29,132 nucleotides of DNA from a virus (IMGVR_UViG_3300012352_000416:1-29132); one strand, 5' to 3'; positions 6,315 through 14,749 are shown, counted from the stretch's first letter. Numbers and translations are program-made. Notes: generated by a model not told the origin, from the letters alone.

Positions 6315-6376
6315 TTGTAGTACCATATCCACAAAGAAACAGCGGCAACTAAACAAATGATGCCAAATAGCGTCAT
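6311..6376 (-). CDS. Tiny membrane peptide (21 aa, MTLFGIICLVAAVSLWIWYYK)
   Basis: Translated by hand; fills the gap between coupled ORFs. Confidence 0.45.
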   Translation of the reverse strand: MTLFGIICLVAAVSLWIWYYK

Positions 6377-6377
6377 A

Positions 6378-6530
6378 CTAGATCAATCCATGCTCTTTGA
6401 GCTTAATTAAAACAAGCTTTGATGAGATATTTAGCTCGTTAGCAATCTCTCCAACTTCTTTTCCTTGAACCAGGTATGCATTTGTCATCCAATCAAGGCT
6501 ATTGTGTAACTTTGCGTCTTTATCAGTCAT
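6378..6530 (-). CDS. Small helix-turn-helix-like protein (50 aa)
   Basis: W...Y....K...EIA.ELNIS...V...LK.HG pattern; start moved to ATG 6530 after AGGA. Confidence 0.65.
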   Translation of the reverse strand: MTDKDAKLHNSLDWMTNAYLVQGKEVGEIANELNISSKLVLIKLKEHGLI

Positions 6531-6537
6531 GATAGTC

Positions 6538-6732
6538 CTATCGATTAGTATTAATGATGCCATATTCTAGCAGTGTGTCGTATAGCAGACCATTTACATA
6601 GTCTAGCTGTGACTTTTGTGTAATGATCTGCTGCTCTAGCACATCTGATGGTATATTGTGCTGGGCACCCATCTCACGATTCATTTTGTTGATAACCTCT
6701 GTCATCAAATCAACAACTTCATCACGTAGCAT
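6538..6732 (-). CDS. Hypothetical helical protein (64 aa)
   Basis: AAAGGAG SD; -10-like element near 6761-6768. Confidence 0.8.
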   Translation of the reverse strand: MLRDEVVDLMTEVINKMNREMGAQHNIPSDVLEQQIITQKSQLDYVNGLLYDTLLEYGIINTNR

Positions 6733-6830
6733 TCTGTCTCCTTTGTTAGTGATATATACATAATATCATAAAATCAAGTTTTAAAAATTTGCACGGTACA
6801 TAGAGACCGTAGGTCTGCTCAAAGAGCGTA

Positions 6831-7040
6831 TTACCAATTACCTATAGGACAAGAAGCTTGCTTGAGCGTACTCTTAAGCTTCATAAAACATCCACACTTA
6901 CGACATTTGACCAAACGCTTATCCAACCATGGACATTGTCTGCATATATCGAGACGTGCTTCTATTAGTTCTTTATCTGACCTAGGTTGATTTGGATCAA
7001 ATAGATCAAAGAACTTGACATCCCCCGAATTTTCTGACAT
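6831..7040 (-). CDS. Cys-rich protein, DUF6171-like (69 aa), leaderless
   Basis: R..IC..CP...C..CGCFM..K.......CP...W pattern; TAAACT at 7048-7053, 7 nt before ATG. Confidence 0.75.
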   Translation of the reverse strand: MSENSGDVKFFDLFDPNQPRSDKELIEARLDICRQCPWLDKRLVKCRKCGCFMKLKSTLKQASCPIGNW

Positions 7041-7078
7041 ACTAGTTAGTTTACCATAAAAAGTGTTATAATTATGCT

Positions 7079-7759
7079 ATGACTATTTCAATTCCGAATT
7101 CAACCAAGCTTTCAAGAACCAATGGCGATAACCTGCTAATGGAGATCATTACTGGTGAAGATGTTTATCAGCCATTCCTAGACACCTTCTGGTCTCTAGA
7201 ACTATTTTTCAGAAAGTATCGAGAGATGAACACACCAGCGGACTTCAAGGTTGCAGACTTTGGAGCTGGTACTGGTCAGCTAGGAATCTTCGTAAAGAAG
7301 ACCTACCCACAAACCGAAGTTTCTCTATATGAGAACGACCCTGCTGCAGAAAAGTATATTCTTGCAAATGCAGAGCTACACGATGTAGATGTTTCTGTCA
7401 ACATGATGGATGTAGCAGATATCGATGCACCAGCATACTTCGATGCAGTCATTTCTACCCCACCATTCCTTCCATCAATCCTAAGAAAAATTGGCTGGAG
7501 CGGACACCACTCACAGGACCCAGATACTGCTATCTTCGGTGGACTTAAGGGTCTAGACAATGCAACTGTGTTCATCAACAAGGCTGCAGAAGTTCTAAAG
7601 ACTGGTGGCCTACTTGTTCATGTTCACTCACGTCCTCAGACACAAGACACCACAGAACTTCTAGAGAATGCTGGTTTTGGAAACATTGAAACTATCAGAC
7701 TAGAGCCAATGGACTTCGAAGTTGAAGAAGCTGTATTCACTGTCGCATACAAGAATTAA
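7079..7759 (+). CDS. Class I SAM-dependent methyltransferase, PrmC/HemK-like
   Basis: Motif I DFGAGTG; ISTPPF at the NPPY position; AIFGGLKGLD matches PrmC ALxGGxDGL; LKTGG. Confidence 0.8.
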   Translation: MTISIPNSTKLSRTNGDNLLMEIITGEDVYQPFLDTFWSLELFFRKYREMNTPADFKVADFGAGTGQLGIFVKKTYPQTEVSLYENDPAAEKYILANAELHDVDVSVNMMDVADIDAPAYFDAVISTPPFLPSILRKIGWSGHHSQDPDTAIFGGLKGLDNATVFINKAAEVLKTGGLLVHVHSRPQTQDTTELLENAGFGNIETIRLEPMDFEVEEAVFTVAYKN

Positions 7760-7777
7760 TTAATCCATAACGCAATT

Positions 7778-7804
7778 GCTCACTAGGAAACTAGTGGGCT
7801 TTTT
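7778..7804 (+). terminator. Intrinsic terminator
   Basis: GCTCACTAG-GAAA-CTAGTGGGC followed by T tract. Confidence 0.85.
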
Positions 7805-7921
7805 GCATATGTGGATGTGGGAACCTCTATACACGCCGAACTTTACCGCCCGACTCAAAGAGTTGTATTTTTCGCTTTGCTTTATTTTTTTTCGTAAAAA
7901 CGCATTTATAATTGTATCATC

Positions 7922-8209
7922 ATGACAATTCAAGACTGGCTTGGTTTAATCTTAACCTCATTATCAATACTCACAGTAGTAGGCATCGGCCTCAGATGGG
8001 TTGTTAGACATTATCTAAAAGATGTGCTACATGAATTGAAGCCTAATGGTGGATCCAGCTTAAAGGATCAGGTCAATAGACTGGAGAATAACTTGCATGG
8101 GCTAGAGAAGTCTCAAGAAGAAGCGGACCAGTTAAGAAAACAAATGAATGTAAAGATTGATCACATGTACGAAGTATTATTAGATTATATAGCTAAAGCT
8201 AATAAGTAA
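7922..8209 (+). CDS. Single-pass membrane and coiled-coil protein, possible holin-like/lysis accessory
   Basis: N-terminal TM helix then ELKPNGGSSLKDQVNRLE, a motif typical of actinophage membrane proteins. Confidence 0.55.
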   Translation: MTIQDWLGLILTSLSILTVVGIGLRWVVRHYLKDVLHELKPNGGSSLKDQVNRLENNLHGLEKSQEEADQLRKQMNVKIDHMYEVLLDYIAKANK

Positions 8210-8395
8210 TATATAATATATATCTAATATGAGATATCTTAAAAACTAAACTTAAAGATATAATATATATTAATAATAATAGATTGTAGCACCTTTCGGC
8301 ACCCTTTGAGGCGATTTAGTGTAAATTTTTTATAACGATATTGTAACTATTAAATAAATAAGGTTAAGTTATCATTTTGTGATATACTTTTCTTT

Positions 8396-8451
8396 GACTA
8401 GTACTTAGGACTGTCTCTCATACCCACCACTCCTAGGTACTAGTCTTTTTT
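8396..8451 (+). ncRNA. Candidate single-hairpin small RNA with own promoter
   Basis: TGA-TATACT at 8380-8388; 15-bp stem 8396-8410/8431-8445; 20-nt C-rich loop; T tract. Confidence 0.5.
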
Positions 8452-8479
8452 AATTTTTATGAGGTATAATGTAATTACT

Positions 8480-8869
8480 ATGACTACTTCTGCATGCTGC
8501 CCTGATGAATACTTTGGATCTAATCCTATTACCATTAAATGGAATGTCGTTAGAGGCGATACCGCCAAGCTTCGTGTCCAGTTCTTCGATAACGACGAGG
8601 TAACAGTATTTGATACAGATGGCTGGGAGTACGCTGCCTCGGCATATGACGCTAGAGGAGAATTCCTAGACGAGCTAGAGGTAGCTGTTGGTAATGGATA
8701 CTTAGACATAGTTGCTGCCTCAGATGTTACTAAGAACTGGGGAGAGGGCTCTGGATCAGTTGTAGCAGAGCTAACATTTGATCTCGAAGTAACCATCGAC
8801 GATACTGTCTGGACTCCAATTATAGGAACTATTTCTGTTATTGGTGATGTCACTGGAGGAAGCCTCTAA
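8480..8869 (+). CDS. BppU-N-like virion adaptor protein, paralogue 1
   Basis: WNVVRGDT...FDLEV...VWT...GTI; similar to 11248 and 15530 proteins; start moved to 8480, after TATAAT at 8465. Confidence 0.7.
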   Translation: MTTSACCPDEYFGSNPITIKWNVVRGDTAKLRVQFFDNDEVTVFDTDGWEYAASAYDARGEFLDELEVAVGNGYLDIVAASDVTKNWGEGSGSVVAELTFDLEVTIDDTVWTPIIGTISVIGDVTGGSL

Positions 8870-8955
8870 TGCCAGTTATAAAAGTGACAACTAACAACAT
8901 AGCACTACCCCCAGTCATCAAGATTGGGACTAAGACATTTAAGGTGAATAAATAA
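8869..8955 (+). CDS. Tiny protein (28 aa, MPVIKVTTNNIALPPVIKIGTKTFKVNK)
   Basis: Translated by hand; TAATG coupling at both ends; GGAGG SD. Confidence 0.7.
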   Translation: MPVIKVTTNNIALPPVIKIGTKTFKVNK

Positions 8956-9239
8956 TGGCAACTACACATGCAATAGTTACACTAAGTAACTCAACAGCGA
9001 CCAGACTTACCCCAGCTGGCTTGCACTCTGGAATTGATATTACAGTTCAGAACCTACACGATTCAGCATATGTTTATCTGGGTGGATCAGGCGTTGACGC
9101 CGAAGACTTTGGCTATCGATTAGCACCAGGTGCCGCCTGGTCTGTAGAGCTATCGGGTCCAAGCCCACTATATGCAATTAGTGCAACTAATGGATCAACC
9201 GTTGCAGTTTTAAAGACTAGCCTGGAGGCTGGCAACTAA
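8955..9239 (+). CDS. Small beta-sandwich virion protein (94 aa)
   Basis: Coupled ORF in structural cluster; VQN....VYLGG..V....G..L.PG pattern. Confidence 0.7.
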   Translation: MATTHAIVTLSNSTATRLTPAGLHSGIDITVQNLHDSAYVYLGGSGVDAEDFGYRLAPGAAWSVELSGPSPLYAISATNGSTVAVLKTSLEAGN

Positions 9240-10504
9240 TGGCTAGATTTTCCACAACTGGTGGCTCTGGCAATGGATCTGCCCTAAACTATGTTCAGGT
9301 TGCTGGAACACAGCAAACCATCTCTTCTGCACCAAACGCAATTGTTGATCTTGATATCACTACAACTGGAGCACCAGTACAAATTTCTGTAACTGGTGAA
9401 GGTGCAAATGCATCTGCTGGCTCTTGGCTGAGACTTAATTTATTCCGTGATAACGTTGAAATTGGAAACGCAATTCAAATGGAATCATCTGCAGCATCGG
9501 AGAACGTTCCATTTGCAATTAATTTTATTGATGATGTAGCAGCAGGTACATACAACTACTCTGCTCGTGTTACAACTATCAATGGTGGCAACTGGACCTT
9601 TGGTGAGGCTGCAGGTCCTATCATCAATGCTGTTGAGCTCACGGGCTTCAAGGGTGACACAGGAGATACAGGTCCTGCAGGTGAAGATGGATCTGGTGCA
9701 ATCGCTGACTTCATCTTTACAGATAACGGTGGAAATAGTACAATCACTTTGCCTGGTGCAAAACGAATGGATATTATTTCTGGTGACGAAGAAGACCTAT
9801 ATATTACATCTGGGGATGACTTATACCTGACTGCCCTTCTAGATGATGTCTTTATTAGAGCAAATGATGATGTTAGATTTATTTCTAATTATCAAAATGG
9901 TGGAACAGAATACAACTGGACGATGAACTCCAATGGTGATCTTGACTTGCCTGGTGGAATTACCAATGATTCTGGTACCGAACTTTCAGTAATTGCTTTT
10001 GGCTCTGCAGTTGTTCTAAATGGAAACAACGGAGAATTCTTGAACGATGCAACTGTCGCAAACAACCAAATTGCAACTATTGGAGATATCAATGATGCAG
10101 TTCCAACAGAAACATCATTTACAGTTAATGGTGGAACTCTTGGAACAGCACCGACATTTGATGGTGCTCCACTATTTAGCGGTAGCTATGTAAAGCATGG
10201 TCCAATGGTCCACTTTCAAATCCAAGTAGACATGGACAACATTACTAGCTTTGGTACTGGACAATATTATGTTGATCTTCCATTCCCTGCAAAATATGGC
10301 TACCAAGTTAGAGAAGGATGCTTGCACGATATTTCTGCAGATAGACAATACGCTATTGGTGGACACGTTGCAGCAGGGCAGTCTCGACTAAACCTATTCT
10401 TTACTGATACAAGTGGACAGGACCAAGAGTTTGATCACAACAGCCCAGTTACTCTTGCTGTTGCAGACAATTTCCATGTTTCTGGTACCTACATTTCTGA
10501 ATAG
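9239..10504 (+). CDS. Tail fibre/appendage protein with short collagen-like linker (421 aa)
   Basis: G/T/S/N-rich; GFKGDTGDTGPAGEDG; C-terminal G.Y.K.G.MVHFQI...Y..DLPFPA fibre-tip-like domain. Confidence 0.7.
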   Translation: MARFSTTGGSGNGSALNYVQVAGTQQTISSAPNAIVDLDITTTGAPVQISVTGEGANASAGSWLRLNLFRDNVEIGNAIQMESSAASENVPFAINFIDDVAAGTYNYSARVTTINGGNWTFGEAAGPIINAVELTGFKGDTGDTGPAGEDGSGAIADFIFTDNGGNSTITLPGAKRMDIISGDEEDLYITSGDDLYLTALLDDVFIRANDDVRFISNYQNGGTEYNWTMNSNGDLDLPGGITNDSGTELSVIAFGSAVVLNGNNGEFLNDATVANNQIATIGDINDAVPTETSFTVNGGTLGTAPTFDGAPLFSGSYVKHGPMVHFQIQVDMDNITSFGTGQYYVDLPFPAKYGYQVREGCLHDISADRQYAIGGHVAAGQSRLNLFFTDTSGQDQEFDHNSPVTLAVADNFHVSGTYISE

Positions 10505-10521
10505 GATGAGATAATTGTTGT

Positions 10522-11232
10522 ATGGCAACCTCATCCAACATTAACTTTCCTACATCTGGATACGCATCTAAAGTTCAGGCATCTAAGCAAATAGAAGAGC
10601 CACAATTTTTTGCTGTACCAGGCCCCCAGGGTCCACAAGGCCCACCAGGACCTCCAGGACAGAAAGGTGCTCCTGGGGTACCAGGAGAGTCTATAAAGGG
10701 CGACAGGGGTGAGCCAGGGCCAGCAGGCAAGAATGGAAAAGATGGCAAGTCATACTTTCCATCCTATAACCAAAATGCTGGTTGGGCAAAATACTCAGAT
10801 CCTCAAAACAAACAACTGCCTATTGGAGCTACTCGTGGCACCGACGGCTGGGTTAGCTTTTGGCTAGACGGATCGGAAAAAGAAGAGCGTTATCTTCCAG
10901 ATGGATCTGTAAGCCTATACAGTCCAGAAACTAGAAAGATCAATTTTCGGGGAATGGCTATCGGTGCTCAAGTTCAGATAGTGTATACTTTTGAGATAAC
11001 AACCTTTAGTCCAAACACAGAGGTTATGGCAAGATCTCTTTTTCACGGAACAGATAGGGCATTCGTAACCTTGGTCGGTTCTTTAAAATATCAGCACACG
11101 TATGAAATGTCTGTGACTCATCAGGTAACTATAGAAAACGAACTAGATAAGACATCTGGAATTATTCCACAGTTAATGTCTGACCTAGACGCCCTGGCAT
11201 CCCTAAAATCAATATATATCTCAGTATATTAG
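10522..11232 (+). CDS. Collagen triple-helix repeat virion protein (236 aa)
   Basis: GPQGPQGPPGPPGQKGAPGVPG...GDRGEPGPAGKNGKDG. Confidence 0.85.
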   Translation: MATSSNINFPTSGYASKVQASKQIEEPQFFAVPGPQGPQGPPGPPGQKGAPGVPGESIKGDRGEPGPAGKNGKDGKSYFPSYNQNAGWAKYSDPQNKQLPIGATRGTDGWVSFWLDGSEKEERYLPDGSVSLYSPETRKINFRGMAIGAQVQIVYTFEITTFSPNTEVMARSLFHGTDRAFVTLVGSLKYQHTYEMSVTHQVTIENELDKTSGIIPQLMSDLDALASLKSIYISVY

Positions 11233-11247
11233 TGTATAATATAAGTT

Positions 11248-11613
11248 ATGGCATTCCCAGGTACATACAATATCTCATACTACAAAGGAGACACCTTTGA
11301 GTTTAGAATTTACCCTAAAGAGATCACTGGTGCAGCCTTTGACTTAACAGATTTCTCTGCAAATGGTTCTGCAAAATTCACAATTGCTACCGCTAGAGGT
11401 TCTGGTGCAACTCAAGTAGAGGCTACAGCAGAGATCTCATCAGATCTAACTCACATTGCGTGTGTAATAACTCCATCCCAGGGCTCTACTCTAAGTGCAT
11501 CAACTCAGTACGTCTATGACGTAGAGATCTCAAGAACAGTATCTGGAAGCTATCCATACGTATACACTTTACTAACTGGCACATTGTCCGTTACTGATCA
11601 GGTTTCTTCATAA
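11248..11613 (+). CDS. BppU-N-like virion adaptor protein, paralogue 2
   Basis: YYKGDTF...FDLT...YVYDVEI...LLTGTLSV. Confidence 0.7.
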   Translation: MAFPGTYNISYYKGDTFEFRIYPKEITGAAFDLTDFSANGSAKFTIATARGSGATQVEATAEISSDLTHIACVITPSQGSTLSASTQYVYDVEISRTVSGSYPYVYTLLTGTLSVTDQVSS

Positions 11614-12197
11614 TGGTAGATATCTCAACAACTATTGCTTCTGCAAATCTTAATATTATCGGTGGACCATCGACAGTAGAAGTATCTGTTGACTACGGTC
11701 AAAGAGGCGACCGAGGCAGCCTGATTCTGTACGGTCAGGGAAAGCCATATTTAGTAAGCCTGCCCGAGACAGCAGCTTTATACGATATGTATGTAAATCT
11801 TTTGCCATCAGACGACGAATACCGATATGTTTATCAATATGTAAACACTCCTACTGGTCTGCAGTGGACAGCACTCTTTAAGCTAGAGGTAAATACTTAC
11901 AGTAACAACCAAGACCTATCTTTTGTAGATGGTTCGGTAGAAATTTGGATTCCAATATCTTCCGTGACTGGTTCAGACGAGACTCTGTCTAGCGTAAACT
12001 CTGAAAGTTTTAATGTTCAGTATTCTATAGTCTCTCAAAATCCAATAGCCTCATCATTTTCAATAGGAGACATTACAACCTCTCCAACAGACATTCTGTC
12101 TTTGCCAATTACTATCAATGCATCAGAGCTAGACTCTGGTACTTGGTCACCGCTGTCTGGAGAGAAAACGGTTCACCTATTTGTGACTATGGTATAA
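11613..12197 (+). CDS. Virion structural protein (194 aa)
   Basis: TAATG-coupled; GQRGDRGS remnant and G.G.P...D.Y.N motif common in fibre proteins. Confidence 0.65.
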   Translation: MVDISTTIASANLNIIGGPSTVEVSVDYGQRGDRGSLILYGQGKPYLVSLPETAALYDMYVNLLPSDDEYRYVYQYVNTPTGLQWTALFKLEVNTYSNNQDLSFVDGSVEIWIPISSVTGSDETLSSVNSESFNVQYSIVSQNPIASSFSIGDITTSPTDILSLPITINASELDSGTWSPLSGEKTVHLFVTMV

Positions 12198-12214
12198 TTT
12201 AGAAAGGTGATAAG

Positions 12215-12673
12215 ATGACTGCACAAAATATTGACGGTACCCAACAGGGCACTGGAGTCTACAATACAAAAGTTCCTGGATATGATGATCCAGCAGACAT
12301 TCAAGCAGCTCTAAAGCTTTTCTTGTATGGTTCGACCAGCTTTGACCCAGCAGCAGCAGGTGCCATTGATAATCTACCCAACCCGTCTATCGCTCGATAC
12401 ATAAAAGTTATGCAAGATGAGATAGACGCCTTAGAGGCCGCAGGTCTGGGATCTTCCTATGGCTCAGAACCAGAGTCTCCTGTAGCTGGCTATGTTTGGA
12501 TGCCCAGCACCACGACCACCACTTCAGCATTGGTCCAGGCAGCAATATACCAAAACTCGGCACCAGTAGCAGACCTAGTTGACGGCCTTCTCTGGGTAGA
12601 CAAGAACTCTTCGCCACTGACAATGTACGTCTATGACCTTGCCACAACTACATGGAAAGAGATCGGTGCATAA
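12215..12673 (+). CDS. Virion fibre-base protein (152 aa)
   Basis: P......G..W.D......YVY.....W motifs typical of tail fibres. Confidence 0.65.
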   Translation: MTAQNIDGTQQGTGVYNTKVPGYDDPADIQAALKLFLYGSTSFDPAAAGAIDNLPNPSIARYIKVMQDEIDALEAAGLGSSYGSEPESPVAGYVWMPSTTTTTSALVQAAIYQNSAPVADLVDGLLWVDKNSSPLTMYVYDLATTTWKEIGA

Positions 12674-13320
12674 TGACAACATATCCAATAAGCTCACAGG
12701 CCAAAGTAGCCTACATTTTTGACGGTACAAACTGGAGACCTATATCTGGTCTAGCCAGCACTAGTGCTGATTACACCTGGACTGGTGACCACACCTACAG
12801 CTCTGATTCTACCGTAACCTTTGAAACTGTTGTAAAAAATAAGGCTGGTATCAATAACTTTGCAACTACATCAGCACGTGATTCAGCCATTCCAAATCCA
12901 GTAACTGGTTTGGTTTGTTTTGTTTCCCAAGATTCCGACGGGGCATCGATCAACGATATTCAATTCTTCGACGGAACAAGATGGAGATCGTCGAATGACT
13001 CTGCCATTATAAAATCAAAAACTGTATCTGCAGGATCATACACATTGGTCATCTCAGATGGAGGAAACAGCCTAAGCATATCTGAGTCCACAGCTTCTAC
13101 AATTTACATCCCAGAGAACGCTTCTGTTGCATTTAAGGTTGGACAGAAGGTAGAGATTCTTAGATATGGCTCTGGAACAGTTGCTATTGCACCAATAAAT
13201 GGAAATGTGACACTTAATAGCAAAGCCCAAAACAGGAAAATTGCAGCTCAGTACTCTGGAGCGGTTTTGACAAAAGTCGGAACAAACGAGTGGTTGCTAA
13301 TAGGCGACCTGACGGCCTAG
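12673..13320 (+). CDS. Tail fibre protein with C-terminal W...GDL.A domain (215 aa)
   Basis: Start moved to the TAATG overlap at 12673; FA....RD.AIP.P..G motif; C-terminal domain paralogous to 19454..20914. Confidence 0.7.
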   Translation: MTTYPISSQAKVAYIFDGTNWRPISGLASTSADYTWTGDHTYSSDSTVTFETVVKNKAGINNFATTSARDSAIPNPVTGLVCFVSQDSDGASINDIQFFDGTRWRSSNDSAIIKSKTVSAGSYTLVISDGGNSLSISESTASTIYIPENASVAFKVGQKVEILRYGSGTVAIAPINGNVTLNSKAQNRKIAAQYSGAVLTKVGTNEWLLIGDLTA

Positions 13321-13328
13321 GATAAAAG

Positions 13329-13649
13329 ATGATTGGTTCGTTTGGGTTATGGTCATCTTCTAAGGGGATGAAGGTTGTATCAGATCTTGTTGGAAAAACT
13401 AGGGATGAAGCCAAGACTACAATCGTGTCAGATGGCTTTGTTGTTGGAACCGAAACTCCGTTTTCCTCTACCAATCCTTCCGACGCAGCTAACCACAATA
13501 AGGTAAGATCTCAGGAACCCCTGGCAGGTGTTCTGTTTACGTACGAATTGCCAGTTAACATAGTTTACACATCATTCTCATTTACTCCCTTTGGCGTTTT
13601 TGGGTTCTTTGGTGTATTCAGCTTCTTCGGAGTATTTGGATTCAGATAA
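13329..13649 (+). CDS. PASTA-domain protein with Phe-rich repeat tail (106 aa)
   Basis: VSDLVGKT.DEA...I...GF...V.SQ.P.AG......V.I fits PASTA; ends FSFTP(FGVFGF)(FGVFSF)(FGVFGF)R. Confidence 0.75.
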   Translation: MIGSFGLWSSSKGMKVVSDLVGKTRDEAKTTIVSDGFVVGTETPFSSTNPSDAANHNKVRSQEPLAGVLFTYELPVNIVYTSFSFTPFGVFGFFGVFSFFGVFGFR

Positions 13650-13651
13650 AG

Positions 13652-13686
13652 AAAAACCCCCAGAATTAACTGGGGGTATCTTTTTA
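13652..13686. terminator. Bidirectional intrinsic terminator
   Basis: ACCCCCAG-AATTAA-CTGGGGGT flanked by A and T tracts, between convergent genes. Confidence 0.85.
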
Positions 13687-13691
13687 TAAAA

Positions 13692-13934
13692 TTATTTTTT
13701 GGTTTTAGGCCTAATGCCTATTCTTGTAATTCTTGGCTTTTCTCCATATTTTGTCCATTCATAGATAAACATGCATGTGGCAATTAGAAGACCCAAACCC
13801 TCAGCCTGAACAATATAGTATGGCGTTGGATCAATAAGGTAGGTGCTCCACGGAAACGTCCAAGCCACTACAGAAAAAGAAACAATGTTTCCAAAAATAA
13901 CTGAAACTACTATGCTTTTATATACGTTCTTCAT
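13692..13934 (-). CDS. Two-helix membrane protein (80 aa)
   Basis: AAAGGA SD; TATAAT near 13959-13964; hydrophobic segments, basic tail. Confidence 0.7.
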   Translation of the reverse strand: MKNVYKSIVVSVIFGNIVSFSVVAWTFPWSTYLIDPTPYYIVQAEGLGLLIATCMFIYEWTKYGEKPRITRIGIRPKTKK

Positions 13935-13993
13935 TTTTTCCTTTGTTCATTTATATAAATTATACTTTTTTTTACCATCAAGGTCAATAGGCA

Positions 13994-14749
13994 CTAGTTG
14001 TTTGTTTCTAGAATACGGGTATATGTAACTATCGTGTTTCCATTACCCTTTGCCCAAGATGCTATTGAAACTATCTCTGTTCTTTCTCCACGTCTACCAC
14101 CAGCATGAATCATCTCGTTAGGTCCTAGGTATATTCCTACGTGGTATGCAGACTTAGAGCCCTTATATGTAAAGGCTACTATATCTCCAATTTTTGGCTC
14201 TTTGACGAGCTCCCCAGCATTCTTCTGAAGAGATGCACGGTGCTCTAGGGTATACCCAATTTGACCATACATCCAAAGAACGAGACCAGAACAGTCCCAT
14301 CCATCTGGGGTAGATCCGCTAAAGGCATACCAGGTTTTTCCAACCTGCCTCTTTACCAGACCAACTGCCTGGTTTAGCTTTTTAGTATCTTTAGCAATAC
14401 GCTCTAGTCGATCAATCTCAGCTTCAAGCTGTTCCTGTTTTGTAGCGGCGTCAGACTGTAACCTGTCCTTCTCCGCCTTCTCCTGAGCCATCCACTCCAT
14501 TGATCCTGGCTCTGGCTCTGTATTTTTCAGTACAGGGCCACTAGCAAGATCAGAGGCCTTTATAGGACCAACCATTGGCGAGTGCTTTATTGTTACGGTG
14601 GGGTTTATTATTTGTTCTGGTTTTCTTACTTCTGTTATCCTAGACTGCTCAGATGTCGTGGTGTACGAATCTGACATTTTCGCAAATGCAGCCCCAGAAC
14701 TAGTTGTTAATAACATTATGGTACTAATTGCAGCAATTTTTGTATTCAA
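13994..14749 (-). CDS. Secreted NlpC/P60 peptidoglycan endopeptidase
   Basis: Signal peptide (AAFA), coiled coil, DCSGLV catalytic Cys, GD.V.F, HVGIY, MIHA; TTG start after GGAGG. Confidence 0.92.
   Translation of the reverse strand: MNTKIAAISTIMLLTTSSGAAFAKMSDSYTTTSEQSRITEVRKPEQIINPTVTIKHSPMVGPIKASDLASGPVLKNTEPEPGSMEWMAQEKAEKDRLQSDAATKQEQLEAEIDRLERIAKDTKKLNQAVGLVKRQVGKTWYAFSGSTPDGWDCSGLVLWMYGQIGYTLEHRASLQKNAGELVKEPKIGDIVAFTYKGSKSAYHVGIYLGPNEMIHAGGRRGERTEIVSIASWAKGNGNTIVTYTRILETNN

Noticed and set aside
6260-6334. DnaA-box-like GTATCCACA and ATATCCACA
   Set aside because: Single-mismatch matches inside coding sequence (Leu-Trp-Ile codons on the minus strand); probably incidental
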